A DNA stretch of 37,624 nt from a virus, in IMG/VR virus record IMGVR_UViG_3300033402_000312; one strand, written 5' to 3'. The number at the start of each line of letters is the position of its first letter. Within the stretch, counting starts at the first letter, position 1. Below, one piece after another: positions 23,991 through 33,409 of this stretch. The translations under genes and the position numbers were made by a program. The notes below the pieces were generated by a model that saw only the letters and a list, made by a program, of their open reading frames with translations, searched no databases and was not told where the DNA came from.

Positions 23991-25070
23991 CTATCCTGAA
24001 TACCCTATATCCTTGACATCCACAGTTGATCCTGTTCCGGCAGGGGCGGAGGTCATTTGCTCCCATTCCCAAACGGTTGGGGCATCCAGTTGATGCACAC
24101 GGAACCTCGGCTGCGTCGTTTTTGCCGGATAAACGTCAGTCTGATCGTTCACTAAAGCAGCCTCGTACTCGGGAAGCTGGAAATAGCCGTTTATGCGAGC
24201 AATGAGGTTCTCCACAGTATCGCTGTTGTATTGGGTGACGTTCCCCGCTTGGTACGCCTTCTCTGCTTTATCTTCAGTCTTTTCAATGATATTGCGGAGA
24301 TGGTTCATCGCGAACACGCCCTCGTCCTGCCGCTGAAACTGCTCCTTCATGTAATCCTTGATCTGGTACATGGCAACCATCGGCAACTGGTCATCGCGAT
24401 AGGGATAGTTGAAGTGCCCCTGCGGCCCCGGCTTCCACGGCTCCTTCTTGAAGGTCGGAGCCAATGCCTCGTCGTTCAGCGTGAAGTAAAAATTCTCAAG
24501 CACGCCAGCCGACTTGCGGAGCACGGCGGCGCGAATCTGGAAATGCCGCTGGATCGCGGAAAAATTCTTCTCGCGTTCGCGTACCCACGCCGTGAACGCG
24601 TTGAACTGCGTCAGGGAAAGGTGCCCGAGAAAATTGAAAGGCGGACCGGTGTAGCCGTACACATACCCGTTTTTGGGGGGCGGAGACGCTTGCGGGTTGA
24701 ACGAAACCCGCGTTGCGGAAAACGCTGTGGAACTACCGCCTGGGCCGCCCGGCAGGTATTGGGCGTAAGCCCCATCCCTGTAAGTTGACCACGGGGCGAA
24801 TGAGTACCCCGCCGCCTTGTATATGGCATAAGCAGCTTGGGCATTGGCCAGCGGGTCCATCAACTGTGCCGCTGTGTATTGCGGATGAGCCTGAAGGTTG
24901 ATTTGCCAGAGACCGACCGAGCCTCCAGGCGTCAAGTTCAGGTCTCCGACGGCCGAGGGGTTGCCGCTAGACTCCGCCTCGGCGATTGCCGCAGCGGTGC
25001 TTATGTCCGACCCCTGGAAACCGGCTTGCTGGGCGAGTTGTCTTATCTGGTCCTGTGTCAAACTGCCCAT
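23991..25070 (-). CDS. virion protein with N-terminal lytic transglycosylase (lysozyme-like) domain (359 aa)
   Basis: AAAIAEAESSGNPSA (catalytic Glu), GLWQIN, LMDPLANAQAAYAIY, PWSTY; AGGAG SD; ends in TAG. Confidence 0.85.
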   Translation of the reverse strand: MGSLTQDQIRQLAQQAGFQGSDISTAAAIAEAESSGNPSAVGDLNLTPGGSVGLWQINLQAHPQYTAAQLMDPLANAQAAYAIYKAAGYSFAPWSTYRDGAYAQYLPGGPGGSSTAFSATRVSFNPQASPPPKNGYVYGYTGPPFNFLGHLSLTQFNAFTAWVREREKNFSAIQRHFQIRAAVLRKSAGVLENFYFTLNDEALAPTFKKEPWKPGPQGHFNYPYRDDQLPMVAMYQIKDYMKEQFQRQDEGVFAMNHLRNIIEKTEDKAEKAYQAGNVTQYNSDTVENLIARINGYFQLPEYEAALVNDQTDVYPAKTTQPRFRVHQLDAPTVWEWEQMTSAPAGTGSTVDVKDIGYSG

Positions 25071-25117
25071 GGCTGACTCCTAAAACGCGGTACTCCGATT
25101 GGCCTGTCCATTCGATC

Positions 25118-28033
25118 TTACTCTTGCGGCGCGAGTGTGAGCGCGACCGCGCAGCCCGACGACTGGGTGCACGGCCAAGTTATCGCGTAGGCCCCAGCAC
25201 CGTTTACTACTTGGTAAGCAAGCGCCGACGACCACGTGAAGCTCGGGTTGCCGCCAGTTGAAGATGGGTTGCCCAGCAGGCTCCAGCCGGAGGGCACGCT
25301 GCTCCCGCAGCCTGAGACCACGCACGATAGGAGGACGTCGTGCTGGTTGGACGTGGATACCGTGCCCAGGTAGCTGGCGTGACCTTGAGCGCCCTGCTGG
25401 TAAGCTGGGTTGATCGCAACCGAGCCGTCCGTCTGGACGCCGTAGGTGCAGCCTTGCAACTCGACAATCGTGACAGCCAAGGCCGCGTTGTTGTTGCTTG
25501 CGTGGTGGGTGCCAAGATTCGCGATTACGACCGTGTCGCCGCCGCTGTTCGTGATGTTGGCGACGGTTATGTAGGAAGCCTGCTCGTAGGAGTTGTAGCT
25601 GATCGGAGTGACTCGGGAGAAGGTGTTCCCGAGGGTGTCATAGATGGACGGTTCGCCCCCGTTCGCGACCACAGTCCAGTCGAACTCGGAGAAGCCCATC
25701 ACCAGGAGGTTTCCTTGGGTGACCGGCTGGGACAGGGCTATGTTCACGTTGCCCACCGAGGCGAACTCCCCCGGAGAGATCGTGTACGTGGTGGTCTGGA
25801 CGACGGTCACGCCGTACGTGATGGTGACCGGGAACGTGTACGTGGTGCTGCTGTAGTAGGTTGTTGACAGGCCGCTGACGGTGTCCGTAGCGATGAACCC
25901 GAGGAGGTCGGTCGTGCCCAAGGTCTGGCTCGGCGGAGTCCACCCTGAGAGCGTGAACGTTCTGAAGTACACGGTTTTACCGTTGACGGTGCCCGAGGAC
26001 GTGCTTTGCCGAATGCCGCTGCCGATGAGGGTCGCCCCGGATTGCGAGCTATTGTAATAAAAAGCCATCGTCATCGGGTTGTTGTCGAGCGTGTACGCGG
26101 TGCCGGTGAGGGTGTACGGCTGGCTGGTGAGGCTCGTGTTATTCGGGTTGATCGAAAATGCGTATGCGACAGGCGATTGGTAGCCAGACCCAGTCAGCGA
26201 AATGGCGCGTCCCACGTTGGACATGTACGTGACCGGGCCGTTGACAACAAATGACGTACCGGAAAGGTAGCTCAGGGTGCCGGTTAAGCTTGTGGAAAGG
26301 TTGAAGCTGCCGTTGGACGTGGAAAACGGCACGGACACGGGCACGGTGTATCCTGTCAAGAAGCCGGAGGTGTTGTATTGCGCCGCAACGCCCGTCTGGA
26401 CGGAAGCACCGCTGTCCGAGGTGAACGAGGCGACCACGCTGTTGTTCGTGATGCCCCCCGTGCCGACTTGCTGCGGGGACATCGGTTCGCTTAGCGTGAC
26501 AGTAAATACATGGACAGTGCCGTCAGCAGGCACGCTCGACGGCGACACGGAAACCGCATTGGGGTTTGTCATGTAGCTCACTTCAACGCTGAACGAGATT
26601 CCGCCCGGACCTCCGAGGGACGCCGGGGCAAACGTATCGTAGCTCTTGTCGGCAGAATCAAACCACGCAATGTCCTCGGCAGTCACGGTAAGCTGCGCGG
26701 AAGCGGCAATGCCTGCCGGGAACGGGGTGCCAGCATATACGAGGCTGAATTGCCCGTCGTTGTTGTTGTTGTAAACGATGCTGAAGAGGCTCTGCGTGTT
26801 CCCGCTGAGCGTGAAAACGCTTGCGGCAGCAGATACCGGGTCTACTGCTTGACCGTTGTAGGTTTGGAAATTGAAGACGTTGCTCGGGCTGTTGTAGATG
26901 AAAAGCTTGCCTGCCGTGCCCTCGAAAATCGGGAGGTACTGCTTGTTCGGGTACGTGATGCCGCTGACGCTGACATTCAGCGTGACCTGATTGCCTTGAA
27001 TTTGGATATTCGACTGCGCAAGGCTCAACTGCAAGTTGCCTGAGGGCGTTGTAGCCGGTGGAGCGGCCTGAAGCGCCACGGGCTTGATCACGCCGCCCGA
27101 TTCTCCGTTGCCGACAGAGGGGGGAATCGCGCCCGTGCCTGCGGCGTATGTCATCTGAAAGTACGTTTGCGGGTTGGCGTTGTTCACGAACCACGCAAGG
27201 AACGGATAGATTCCTGGCGTGGGGAAGTTGACGTACACGTAGTCGGTTGGTTGGGTCTCTATAGCTGAGGTGTTGCGAGTACCCAGCAGCGGCCACGGTC
27301 CAACTCCCGTGAGGGAAGTGCCGGAAGCCGCAGCAGCGGCAGTGCTTGGAGAAGCCGGGGCACCGCCGCCCGGCGTGGTCGTGTAAGCGCCAGCCACATA
27401 GCTCGCGCCTCCGCCGACGTAGAACGCCCAAGACTCGGCAACGAGAAAGTAGAATGTTTCAATGCCGCTGGCGGCTACCACAAGCTGCCCCTGCAAGAAC
27501 GTGACGGCGGAGCCGTCGCCCTGTGCGCCCAGACCCCAAGTGAGGGGTGTGCCGAGGGCTGTCAGCGCGGTGCCGTCCGACTTGACGTCGTCGAGCAGCG
27601 GCGGTTCGTGCGCATACTGCCCGGTGTTGCCGTCGTCTGTGGTAAGACCCACGATGGGCACGCCCGTGCCAGCAGTGCCGTTCGTGTAAACTTGGTTGAT
27701 CACCACAGTGTTTTTGTTTGTCAGGATGCCGTATTGCGAACCGACGCCGTACCACGTGGGGTTCTCGCCGGGGTTAACGTACCCGGCCACGGTCACGTTG
27801 CTGATAAGGGATACTGTGCCGTTTGTCGCTTGCCACCCCACGAAGGCATTGTTCGAGGTGTACGGGCTACCGGCGATGGTAGCCGTTGCGCTGAATTGAT
27901 CTTGACCGCTGTTCACACCCGTAAAGGTGACGCTCGTTGAGCCGGAACCCGAGGTCAGATCGACGTTCACCGCAACCGTCTTGGTCTGCGGGTTGGCTCC
28001 GGTTACTTGGATAGTGATGATCTCAGTCGGCAT
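25118..28033 (-). CDS. virion structural protein, Ig-like/PA14-like beta domains (971 aa)
   Basis: Ser/Thr/Gly-rich, low-charge, all-beta pattern; located in the tail cluster. Confidence 0.7.
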   Translation of the reverse strand: MPTEIITIQVTGANPQTKTVAVNVDLTSGSGSTSVTFTGVNSGQDQFSATATIAGSPYTSNNAFVGWQATNGTVSLISNVTVAGYVNPGENPTWYGVGSQYGILTNKNTVVINQVYTNGTAGTGVPIVGLTTDDGNTGQYAHEPPLLDDVKSDGTALTALGTPLTWGLGAQGDGSAVTFLQGQLVVAASGIETFYFLVAESWAFYVGGGASYVAGAYTTTPGGGAPASPSTAAAAASGTSLTGVGPWPLLGTRNTSAIETQPTDYVYVNFPTPGIYPFLAWFVNNANPQTYFQMTYAAGTGAIPPSVGNGESGGVIKPVALQAAPPATTPSGNLQLSLAQSNIQIQGNQVTLNVSVSGITYPNKQYLPIFEGTAGKLFIYNSPSNVFNFQTYNGQAVDPVSAAASVFTLSGNTQSLFSIVYNNNNDGQFSLVYAGTPFPAGIAASAQLTVTAEDIAWFDSADKSYDTFAPASLGGPGGISFSVEVSYMTNPNAVSVSPSSVPADGTVHVFTVTLSEPMSPQQVGTGGITNNSVVASFTSDSGASVQTGVAAQYNTSGFLTGYTVPVSVPFSTSNGSFNLSTSLTGTLSYLSGTSFVVNGPVTYMSNVGRAISLTGSGYQSPVAYAFSINPNNTSLTSQPYTLTGTAYTLDNNPMTMAFYYNSSQSGATLIGSGIRQSTSSGTVNGKTVYFRTFTLSGWTPPSQTLGTTDLLGFIATDTVSGLSTTYYSSTTYTFPVTITYGVTVVQTTTYTISPGEFASVGNVNIALSQPVTQGNLLVMGFSEFDWTVVANGGEPSIYDTLGNTFSRVTPISYNSYEQASYITVANITNSGGDTVVIANLGTHHASNNNAALAVTIVELQGCTYGVQTDGSVAINPAYQQGAQGHASYLGTVSTSNQHDVLLSCVVSGCGSSVPSGWSLLGNPSSTGGNPSFTWSSALAYQVVNGAGAYAITWPCTQSSGCAVALTLAPQE

Positions 28034-28045
28034 GGTTTTTGTCCG

Positions 28046-31000
28046 TTATAGAAGCTGCGTCGGAAAACTCCCCGTGGACGGGGCCACAATCAACGTCCCG
28101 TCAGGGTAGACCGTCCAGTTAAAAGTCTTCGTAATCTGAACACCGGAATCCGTTACCGAAACCACCAAGTCGTTGTTCCCCGGCACTCCGGCGTTGAACG
28201 GGCCAAGCAGCGGGATGATCGCCGTCCTCGTCCCCGTGTTCAGCGTGATGGTGCCCACCGAGAGCGCAGGGTTGCTCAGCGACACCTGTATGGTGCTCGT
28301 GGACGTGCTGACCACGTCTGTCGCCACGACGTGGAAGGACAGGTTCGGGGAGGGGTTGATCGTCGCCACGTTCCCGGCGTCCACGTAGCCGAGGGAGTTG
28401 GTGCTCGTGCTGTCCGAGTAGTCGATCCCAGTTTGAAGCTGAAGACCGACCGACACGGTGACCGTGAACGCCTGATCGACATATGTGCCTATCGTGTCTA
28501 CCACGCGGAAGAGCACGGACTTGCTGTAGCCGGATTGGGTAGAGATGCCGCTTACCAGACCGCCAGACGAAACTCCGATGCCCACAGGCAATGGGTTCGT
28601 GTTGTTCGGAGAAATCTGGAACACATAGGGCGTGTTCGGGCTGCCGCTGGCTGTAAGCTGATAGCTTTCCTGTATTCCCGAGACAACCGGAATCGTGAAC
28701 GGCGAATTGGTGAAATGCAAGCCGGACGGCTGCGACGTGATCGTGATGCCGGTGATGGTCGCCGTGTTAGAAGCACTGTCTGTCACAGTGAAGCTGAACG
28801 TCGCCGGGTTTGGGCTAAACGCGCTCGGCACGGTGCCTGAGATAAGACCGCTGTTTGCTCCGTTGCTTGTCAAGGACAAGCTCGGGGCTATCGTGTTCAT
28901 GGGCGTCGGAACACTCGCCCACGTGTACGGCGACACACCACCTGTGGCAATAAGCTTCACACCGAGGCTGCTCGGGCCGTACGAGGCGCTGATGGTAGCG
29001 TTGGGCAGCGCGTTGCCGATGAATGAGTTGACGACAGCAGGCACAGCCGGGTCGCTCCACCCGATGATTGTCAAAGACGTGTTGGGCACGACCGTGGAGA
29101 TTCGGTGGTACGCGTAAGCTCGCTGACCTGTTGTGGACAGGCACGAGAACCAGCAATCAAAGTAGCCTGCCTCGACAGGCGTGCCGGAAATCTGGATGTT
29201 GCTGCCCACCGCGCTGACTTGCAAGCCGCGAGGCAGCGTGCCGTAGATCAGGGAGGCGGACTGCAATGTCACGCCGAGGGGCGCTGTGAATGCCGTGTTG
29301 CCGTTGTAAACCGAGCCGATGGGCTGCGTATCAACTACGTTGTCGATAAGTTGGAACGCGCTCTGGTACAGCGTCCAGTTGATCGTCGCTGTGCCGTGGA
29401 CGCCGCCGCCCGCATCAACATATTGAATTGTGGTAGGCGTGCTTTGCGTGCCGCTCACCGTGCCGTAGATCAGGCCCGTGTTGGCATCCAAAGACAAGCC
29501 CGGAGGAAGCGTGGACGAAGGCACGACCTGAGCCGTCAGGGGCACGGGAGAATACGGGCTTGCAGCGCCGCTGAGCGGGGCAAGCTGCGGAGAGTTGTAG
29601 TAGGGCTTGCGTGCGTTGGTGCCGAGCACGTCGCCCACAAGGTACGGGCGCGGATACGCGGCGATAATGCCGATGTCGCCGGTCGCGACTGCGGCGTGCG
29701 TCTCCGGCACTGCCGCAGAGTTGGCGAGCGTGAGCGCGTTGACCGTCGAAGCCGTGCATAGGAAATAGCCGTTGTTCGACGCATTGGCAAACCCGGTCAC
29801 GGTAAAAAAGAAGTTGGAGAACGCGTTGCCCGCCCCGCCGACGATGTTCCCGGTGTATACGGCTGTGGTGCCCACTGAAGCCGCCACTTGGGTTAAGCTG
29901 TAAGTCGCCGGGTCGTTGTGCGCCAGCGTCGTGTACTCGCGGGAAATGCTTTCGATCAGGGTGACGGCGTTCGCAAACGGTTGTGGCGTGATAACGATTG
30001 CCGTCGCAGGCTCGGAGGGATTGTTGTAGGTGCTGAGCGAGGTCAATGCGGTAAACGAAGTCGAAGGTCCGGACGGCGGGTTCAACACGGTGAAAACATT
30101 GAAGAGCCTTTGGTTGTTGACCGGCACTTCCGCAGTGCCTTGGATGTACACCTGCTGCCCTGCGGTGAATGTGTTATTTGCAGTGACCGAAAGGGAGCCG
30201 CCAGCAATAGATGACGCCGTGATCTGCGAATAGGTCGCCACGCCGTTCGGATTGTTGAGCGTCAGCGTAGTGGTGGTGGCAGCCGTGCAGGTGAATGTGC
30301 CGTTGTTGTTTGGGTTCAAAAATCCAGAAACAGTGAACTGCAAGCCGACGAAACTGCTGTTGGACTCGGGTTGGGCGGTCGTATAGGTATAGGTCGTTGA
30401 CCCGCCCACGGCGTTCGCCACAAAAGCGAACGGAAGCTGCTGGTTGACCTGCATCAGGACACGAGTCTGCGCATTGCCGTAGTACGCGTTCGCGATGGTG
30501 GCATTATTGCCCGGAGGCCCGAACCATTCCGAGTCGGGCAACTGAACGACCGGGCTTACCAGCGTGGCGGACGTTGGGTCGATTGCCGTGGCGATGCCGT
30601 TCCCAAGAACGATTCCTTTGAGGGCCTTGCCCAAGACTTGGGTCGCAAGCGCAGATGGCGGAGAGCCGGATACAAGTTCGTGAGCGCCGTACGGGTTAGC
30701 CAGCGTCAGCGTGCTGCCCGTGGAAGCCGTGCAGAGGAATGTGCCGTTGTTCTGCTGGTTGAGCACAAACTCGGAGATGACAAAAAATTCCCCCGCGTAA
30801 GCGTTGAAGCCGCCGCCCGTGATCACCCCCGAGTAGACTGTGGTGCCAGCCGAGGCGTTCGCGGCTGCGGACAGGACAAACGTCGAAGCTGTCGTCGCTG
30901 TGCCATTCGGGTTGTTCAGCGTGATTGTGCCGTTGGGAGCGCCAACCGGGCTGCTCGGCGTGGAAGCGACGTAATTGAACGCTCCATTGTTCGCCGCAGC

Positions 31001-33409
31001 GAGACCAGAGACGATGTAAACGTCCGACGTCGAGTATGAGATCGCCGGGATGACGCCTGTGTACACGGTGCTTCCGCCAGCGGTGCCAGCGTTGGACACT
31101 ATGTTGACCCGGACGCCGCTGAGCGAAAGCCCGGCGAGGTCGCCGGAGACGGGGATCGGGAAGGCTTGCGTGGTGTCGAAGATGCCCCAGCTTCCGTCAG
31201 CCGGATGGACTTCGTTCGTCAGGAACGCGGGGACAAGGCGAATGGCGCTTAGCTCCTGCTCCACGTTCACGGTGACCTGCGCCGTGGCTGTGCGCGAGGC
31301 GCTGTCCAAGACCGTCAGCGAGAATGTGCGGTTGCCTGTGGTTGGGAACCCGCCCGGAGTGATTGCTGTCGCCCCGCCTACAGGAATTTCAATCTGACCA
31401 TCGACCAGTACAGGCGTTCCGAAATAGACAATGTCGGCGGGGTTCGGACCGAACCCTGATAGCGTGTAGGGCGACTGACCGCCGAATACCGGGACGATGA
31501 GCTTGAATTCCTCGAATGTGTAGATCGTAGGCTGGTTGACGCTGACGTGATAGCCGAACTGAAGCGGCGCTGGCACGAGCGTCATCGTGTAAGTCTGGGT
31601 CGCCTTCGCGCCGATGGAGTCCGTGACCTGGATAGTGACGCTGTATATCGTCGTGAAATCCGTCGTGGAGTTGTAGGTCTGCGGCGTGCCTGTGATCAGG
31701 CCGCTGTTCGCACCGATGCTCAACCCGGCTGGAAACGCGCCAGCAGGTGCGCTCCACTGGTATGGAGGCAGCCCGCCCGGAAATGTCGAACTGCTGTTGA
31801 TGTTGCCGACCTGCATCTGCACGTTGTACGGCGTGCCGACCTGCGCCACGCCGAGGGTCGTCGCAGACGGGATGAGAGGCGTCACGGTCGGCGACACCGG
31901 GGGCTGGTTGAGGATCGTATAGGTCTGGCTCGGCGCGATCTGCACATCCATGTCTGTTTCGATCAGCATGGTCAGAGTCGCGTGCGCGATGGAGGGCGGC
32001 ACGCTGGAGTCCGACACGGCAAAGTTCGCGGTGAAGAGACCGAGCACGAGCGGGGTGCCGTTGATGACGCCCGCTGTATTCATGAACACGCCGGGGGGCA
32101 GCGGATCGACGCTCCAAATGAAGGGAGGCACTCCCCCTTGGGTCTGCATTTGGAATGTGCCGCCGAGCGCTTGCACGACCGATTTGCCCACATAGAGCGT
32201 CGGCAGCGAAGTGGTGGAGATGCCGACCGGGGACGTTTCCGTGGCGGAAGTCGTCGTAAGCTCATACGGCGGCTGGACAAGCTCCTTTGACCTCGGGCGT
32301 CCCGAGATCGGAAACACGTCCACGGCCATCGTTCCGTAGAGCGAGCTTGCGTTGCTGAAGCGGGTGGACGCCACGAGCAGCTTGAGTTCCTGCGTCATCG
32401 TGTCGCGCACGAGGACGCGGGCAAGGACTTCCCACGGGTTCGGCGTTAACGCGCCGGTCGCGGCTGTCGTGATCTCGAAGCCCTGCTGGCCGCCGATGCC
32501 GAGGCTTCCGGTCAAGCCCTGCTGCGTCGTCGATGACGTAGCTGACTGCTGGTCAACGATGAAAATCTGCTGCTGGATTTGGCTGACCTGCGTGGACGGC
32601 GGGCTGTACTGGGAGCCGCCGTAGTTCCTGCGCGTCTGGACGGTCACAAGGAACGTGCCCGGCTCCGAGAACGACTTGACGACGGCGTTCGACGCGAGCG
32701 GCAGCCATCCTGTGCTGGTGTTGTCAGGCCAAAGCACCTGCCACTGATCCGCCCCCGTGTACGCCGTGTTGAGGGTGACAGTGAGCAACTGACCAAGCAG
32801 CAACGTCGTGCTGCTGAAATTGAGGTCGGCGGCTGTGAGCGCGGTTGGGAACGAGCGCGGCGCAGGCGAAGTCCCGGTGTCCCACGGGTTGCTGTTGTAG
32901 GAGTTCGCCGGGGACATGGTCGCGGTCGCGGCGTGCGATTCCATGGCGGCTGCCGAGTTTTGCAGGGTCAAGGTCGTCGCGGTGGAGGCGGTGCAGACAA
33001 ACGGACCGTTGTTCGCGCTGTTGACGAACCCAGCCACGACAAAGGTGATGCCTGCGTAGCTGTTGTTTCCGCCGTTGATCGCTCCCGCGTACACGGCAGT
33101 GGTGCCGATGGACGCAGCGACATTGGTAAGCGCGAAGCTGGACACGGCATTCGCCGTCATCGTAAGCGTGTAGGGGACTGCCGATGTGCCGAGGACCTGC
33201 GTGAAGAACAAGCTCTGACCGCTGTAGGAGGCCGGGGCGGGGAAAACCTGCGTGATCGGCGAACCCGATCCCTGGTACGTGATGCTCCAGCCGGAGTACT
33301 GGTCGAAAAGCCCGTCCGGGCAGACGGGCGGCTGCCAGTTGACCGTCAGGATATTGTTCTGGTCAATGATGGCCGATGCCGGGGCGGCTTGCAATGTCAG
33401 GTTGCTCAT
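28046..33409 (-). CDS. giant virion protein with putative Ig (He_PIG-type) repeats (1787 aa)
   Basis: Repeated GG.PPY.WS...LP.GLS....G.I.GTP...F.V.VTDS units plus GF.N..NNG.F.CTAST.TTLTL.N repeats. Confidence 0.8.
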   Translation of the reverse strand: MSNLTLQAAPASAIIDQNNILTVNWQPPVCPDGLFDQYSGWSITYQGSGSPITQVFPAPASYSGQSLFFTQVLGTSAVPYTLTMTANAVSSFALTNVAASIGTTAVYAGAINGGNNSYAGITFVVAGFVNSANNGPFVCTASTATTLTLQNSAAAMESHAATATMSPANSYNSNPWDTGTSPAPRSFPTALTAADLNFSSTTLLLGQLLTVTLNTAYTGADQWQVLWPDNTSTGWLPLASNAVVKSFSEPGTFLVTVQTRRNYGGSQYSPPSTQVSQIQQQIFIVDQQSATSSTTQQGLTGSLGIGGQQGFEITTAATGALTPNPWEVLARVLVRDTMTQELKLLVASTRFSNASSLYGTMAVDVFPISGRPRSKELVQPPYELTTTSATETSPVGISTTSLPTLYVGKSVVQALGGTFQMQTQGGVPPFIWSVDPLPPGVFMNTAGVINGTPLVLGLFTANFAVSDSSVPPSIAHATLTMLIETDMDVQIAPSQTYTILNQPPVSPTVTPLIPSATTLGVAQVGTPYNVQMQVGNINSSSTFPGGLPPYQWSAPAGAFPAGLSIGANSGLITGTPQTYNSTTDFTTIYSVTIQVTDSIGAKATQTYTMTLVPAPLQFGYHVSVNQPTIYTFEEFKLIVPVFGGQSPYTLSGFGPNPADIVYFGTPVLVDGQIEIPVGGATAITPGGFPTTGNRTFSLTVLDSASRTATAQVTVNVEQELSAIRLVPAFLTNEVHPADGSWGIFDTTQAFPIPVSGDLAGLSLSGVRVNIVSNAGTAGGSTVYTGVIPAISYSTSDVYIVSGLAAANNGAFNYVASTPSSPVGAPNGTITLNNPNGTATTASTFVLSAAANASAGTTVYSGVITGGGFNAYAGEFFVISEFVLNQQNNGTFLCTASTGSTLTLANPYGAHELVSGSPPSALATQVLGKALKGIVLGNGIATAIDPTSATLVSPVVQLPDSEWFGPPGNNATIANAYYGNAQTRVLMQVNQQLPFAFVANAVGGSTTYTYTTAQPESNSSFVGLQFTVSGFLNPNNNGTFTCTAATTTTLTLNNPNGVATYSQITASSIAGGSLSVTANNTFTAGQQVYIQGTAEVPVNNQRLFNVFTVLNPPSGPSTSFTALTSLSTYNNPSEPATAIVITPQPFANAVTLIESISREYTTLAHNDPATYSLTQVAASVGTTAVYTGNIVGGAGNAFSNFFFTVTGFANASNNGYFLCTASTVNALTLANSAAVPETHAAVATGDIGIIAAYPRPYLVGDVLGTNARKPYYNSPQLAPLSGAASPYSPVPLTAQVVPSSTLPPGLSLDANTGLIYGTVSGTQSTPTTIQYVDAGGGVHGTATINWTLYQSAFQLIDNVVDTQPIGSVYNGNTAFTAPLGVTLQSASLIYGTLPRGLQVSAVGSNIQISGTPVEAGYFDCWFSCLSTTGQRAYAYHRISTVVPNTSLTIIGWSDPAVPAVVNSFIGNALPNATISASYGPSSLGVKLIATGGVSPYTWASVPTPMNTIAPSLSLTSNGANSGLISGTVPSAFSPNPATFSFTVTDSASNTATITGITITSQPSGLHFTNSPFTIPVVSGIQESYQLTASGSPNTPYVFQISPNNTNPLPVGIGVSSGGLVSGISTQSGYSKSVLFRVVDTIGTYVDQAFTVTVSVGLQLQTGIDYSDSTSTNSLGYVDAGNVATINPSPNLSFHVVATDVVSTSTSTIQVSLSNPALSVGTITLNTGTRTAIIPLLGPFNAGVPGNNDLVVSVTDSGVQITKTFNWTVYPDGTLIVAPSTGSFPTQLL

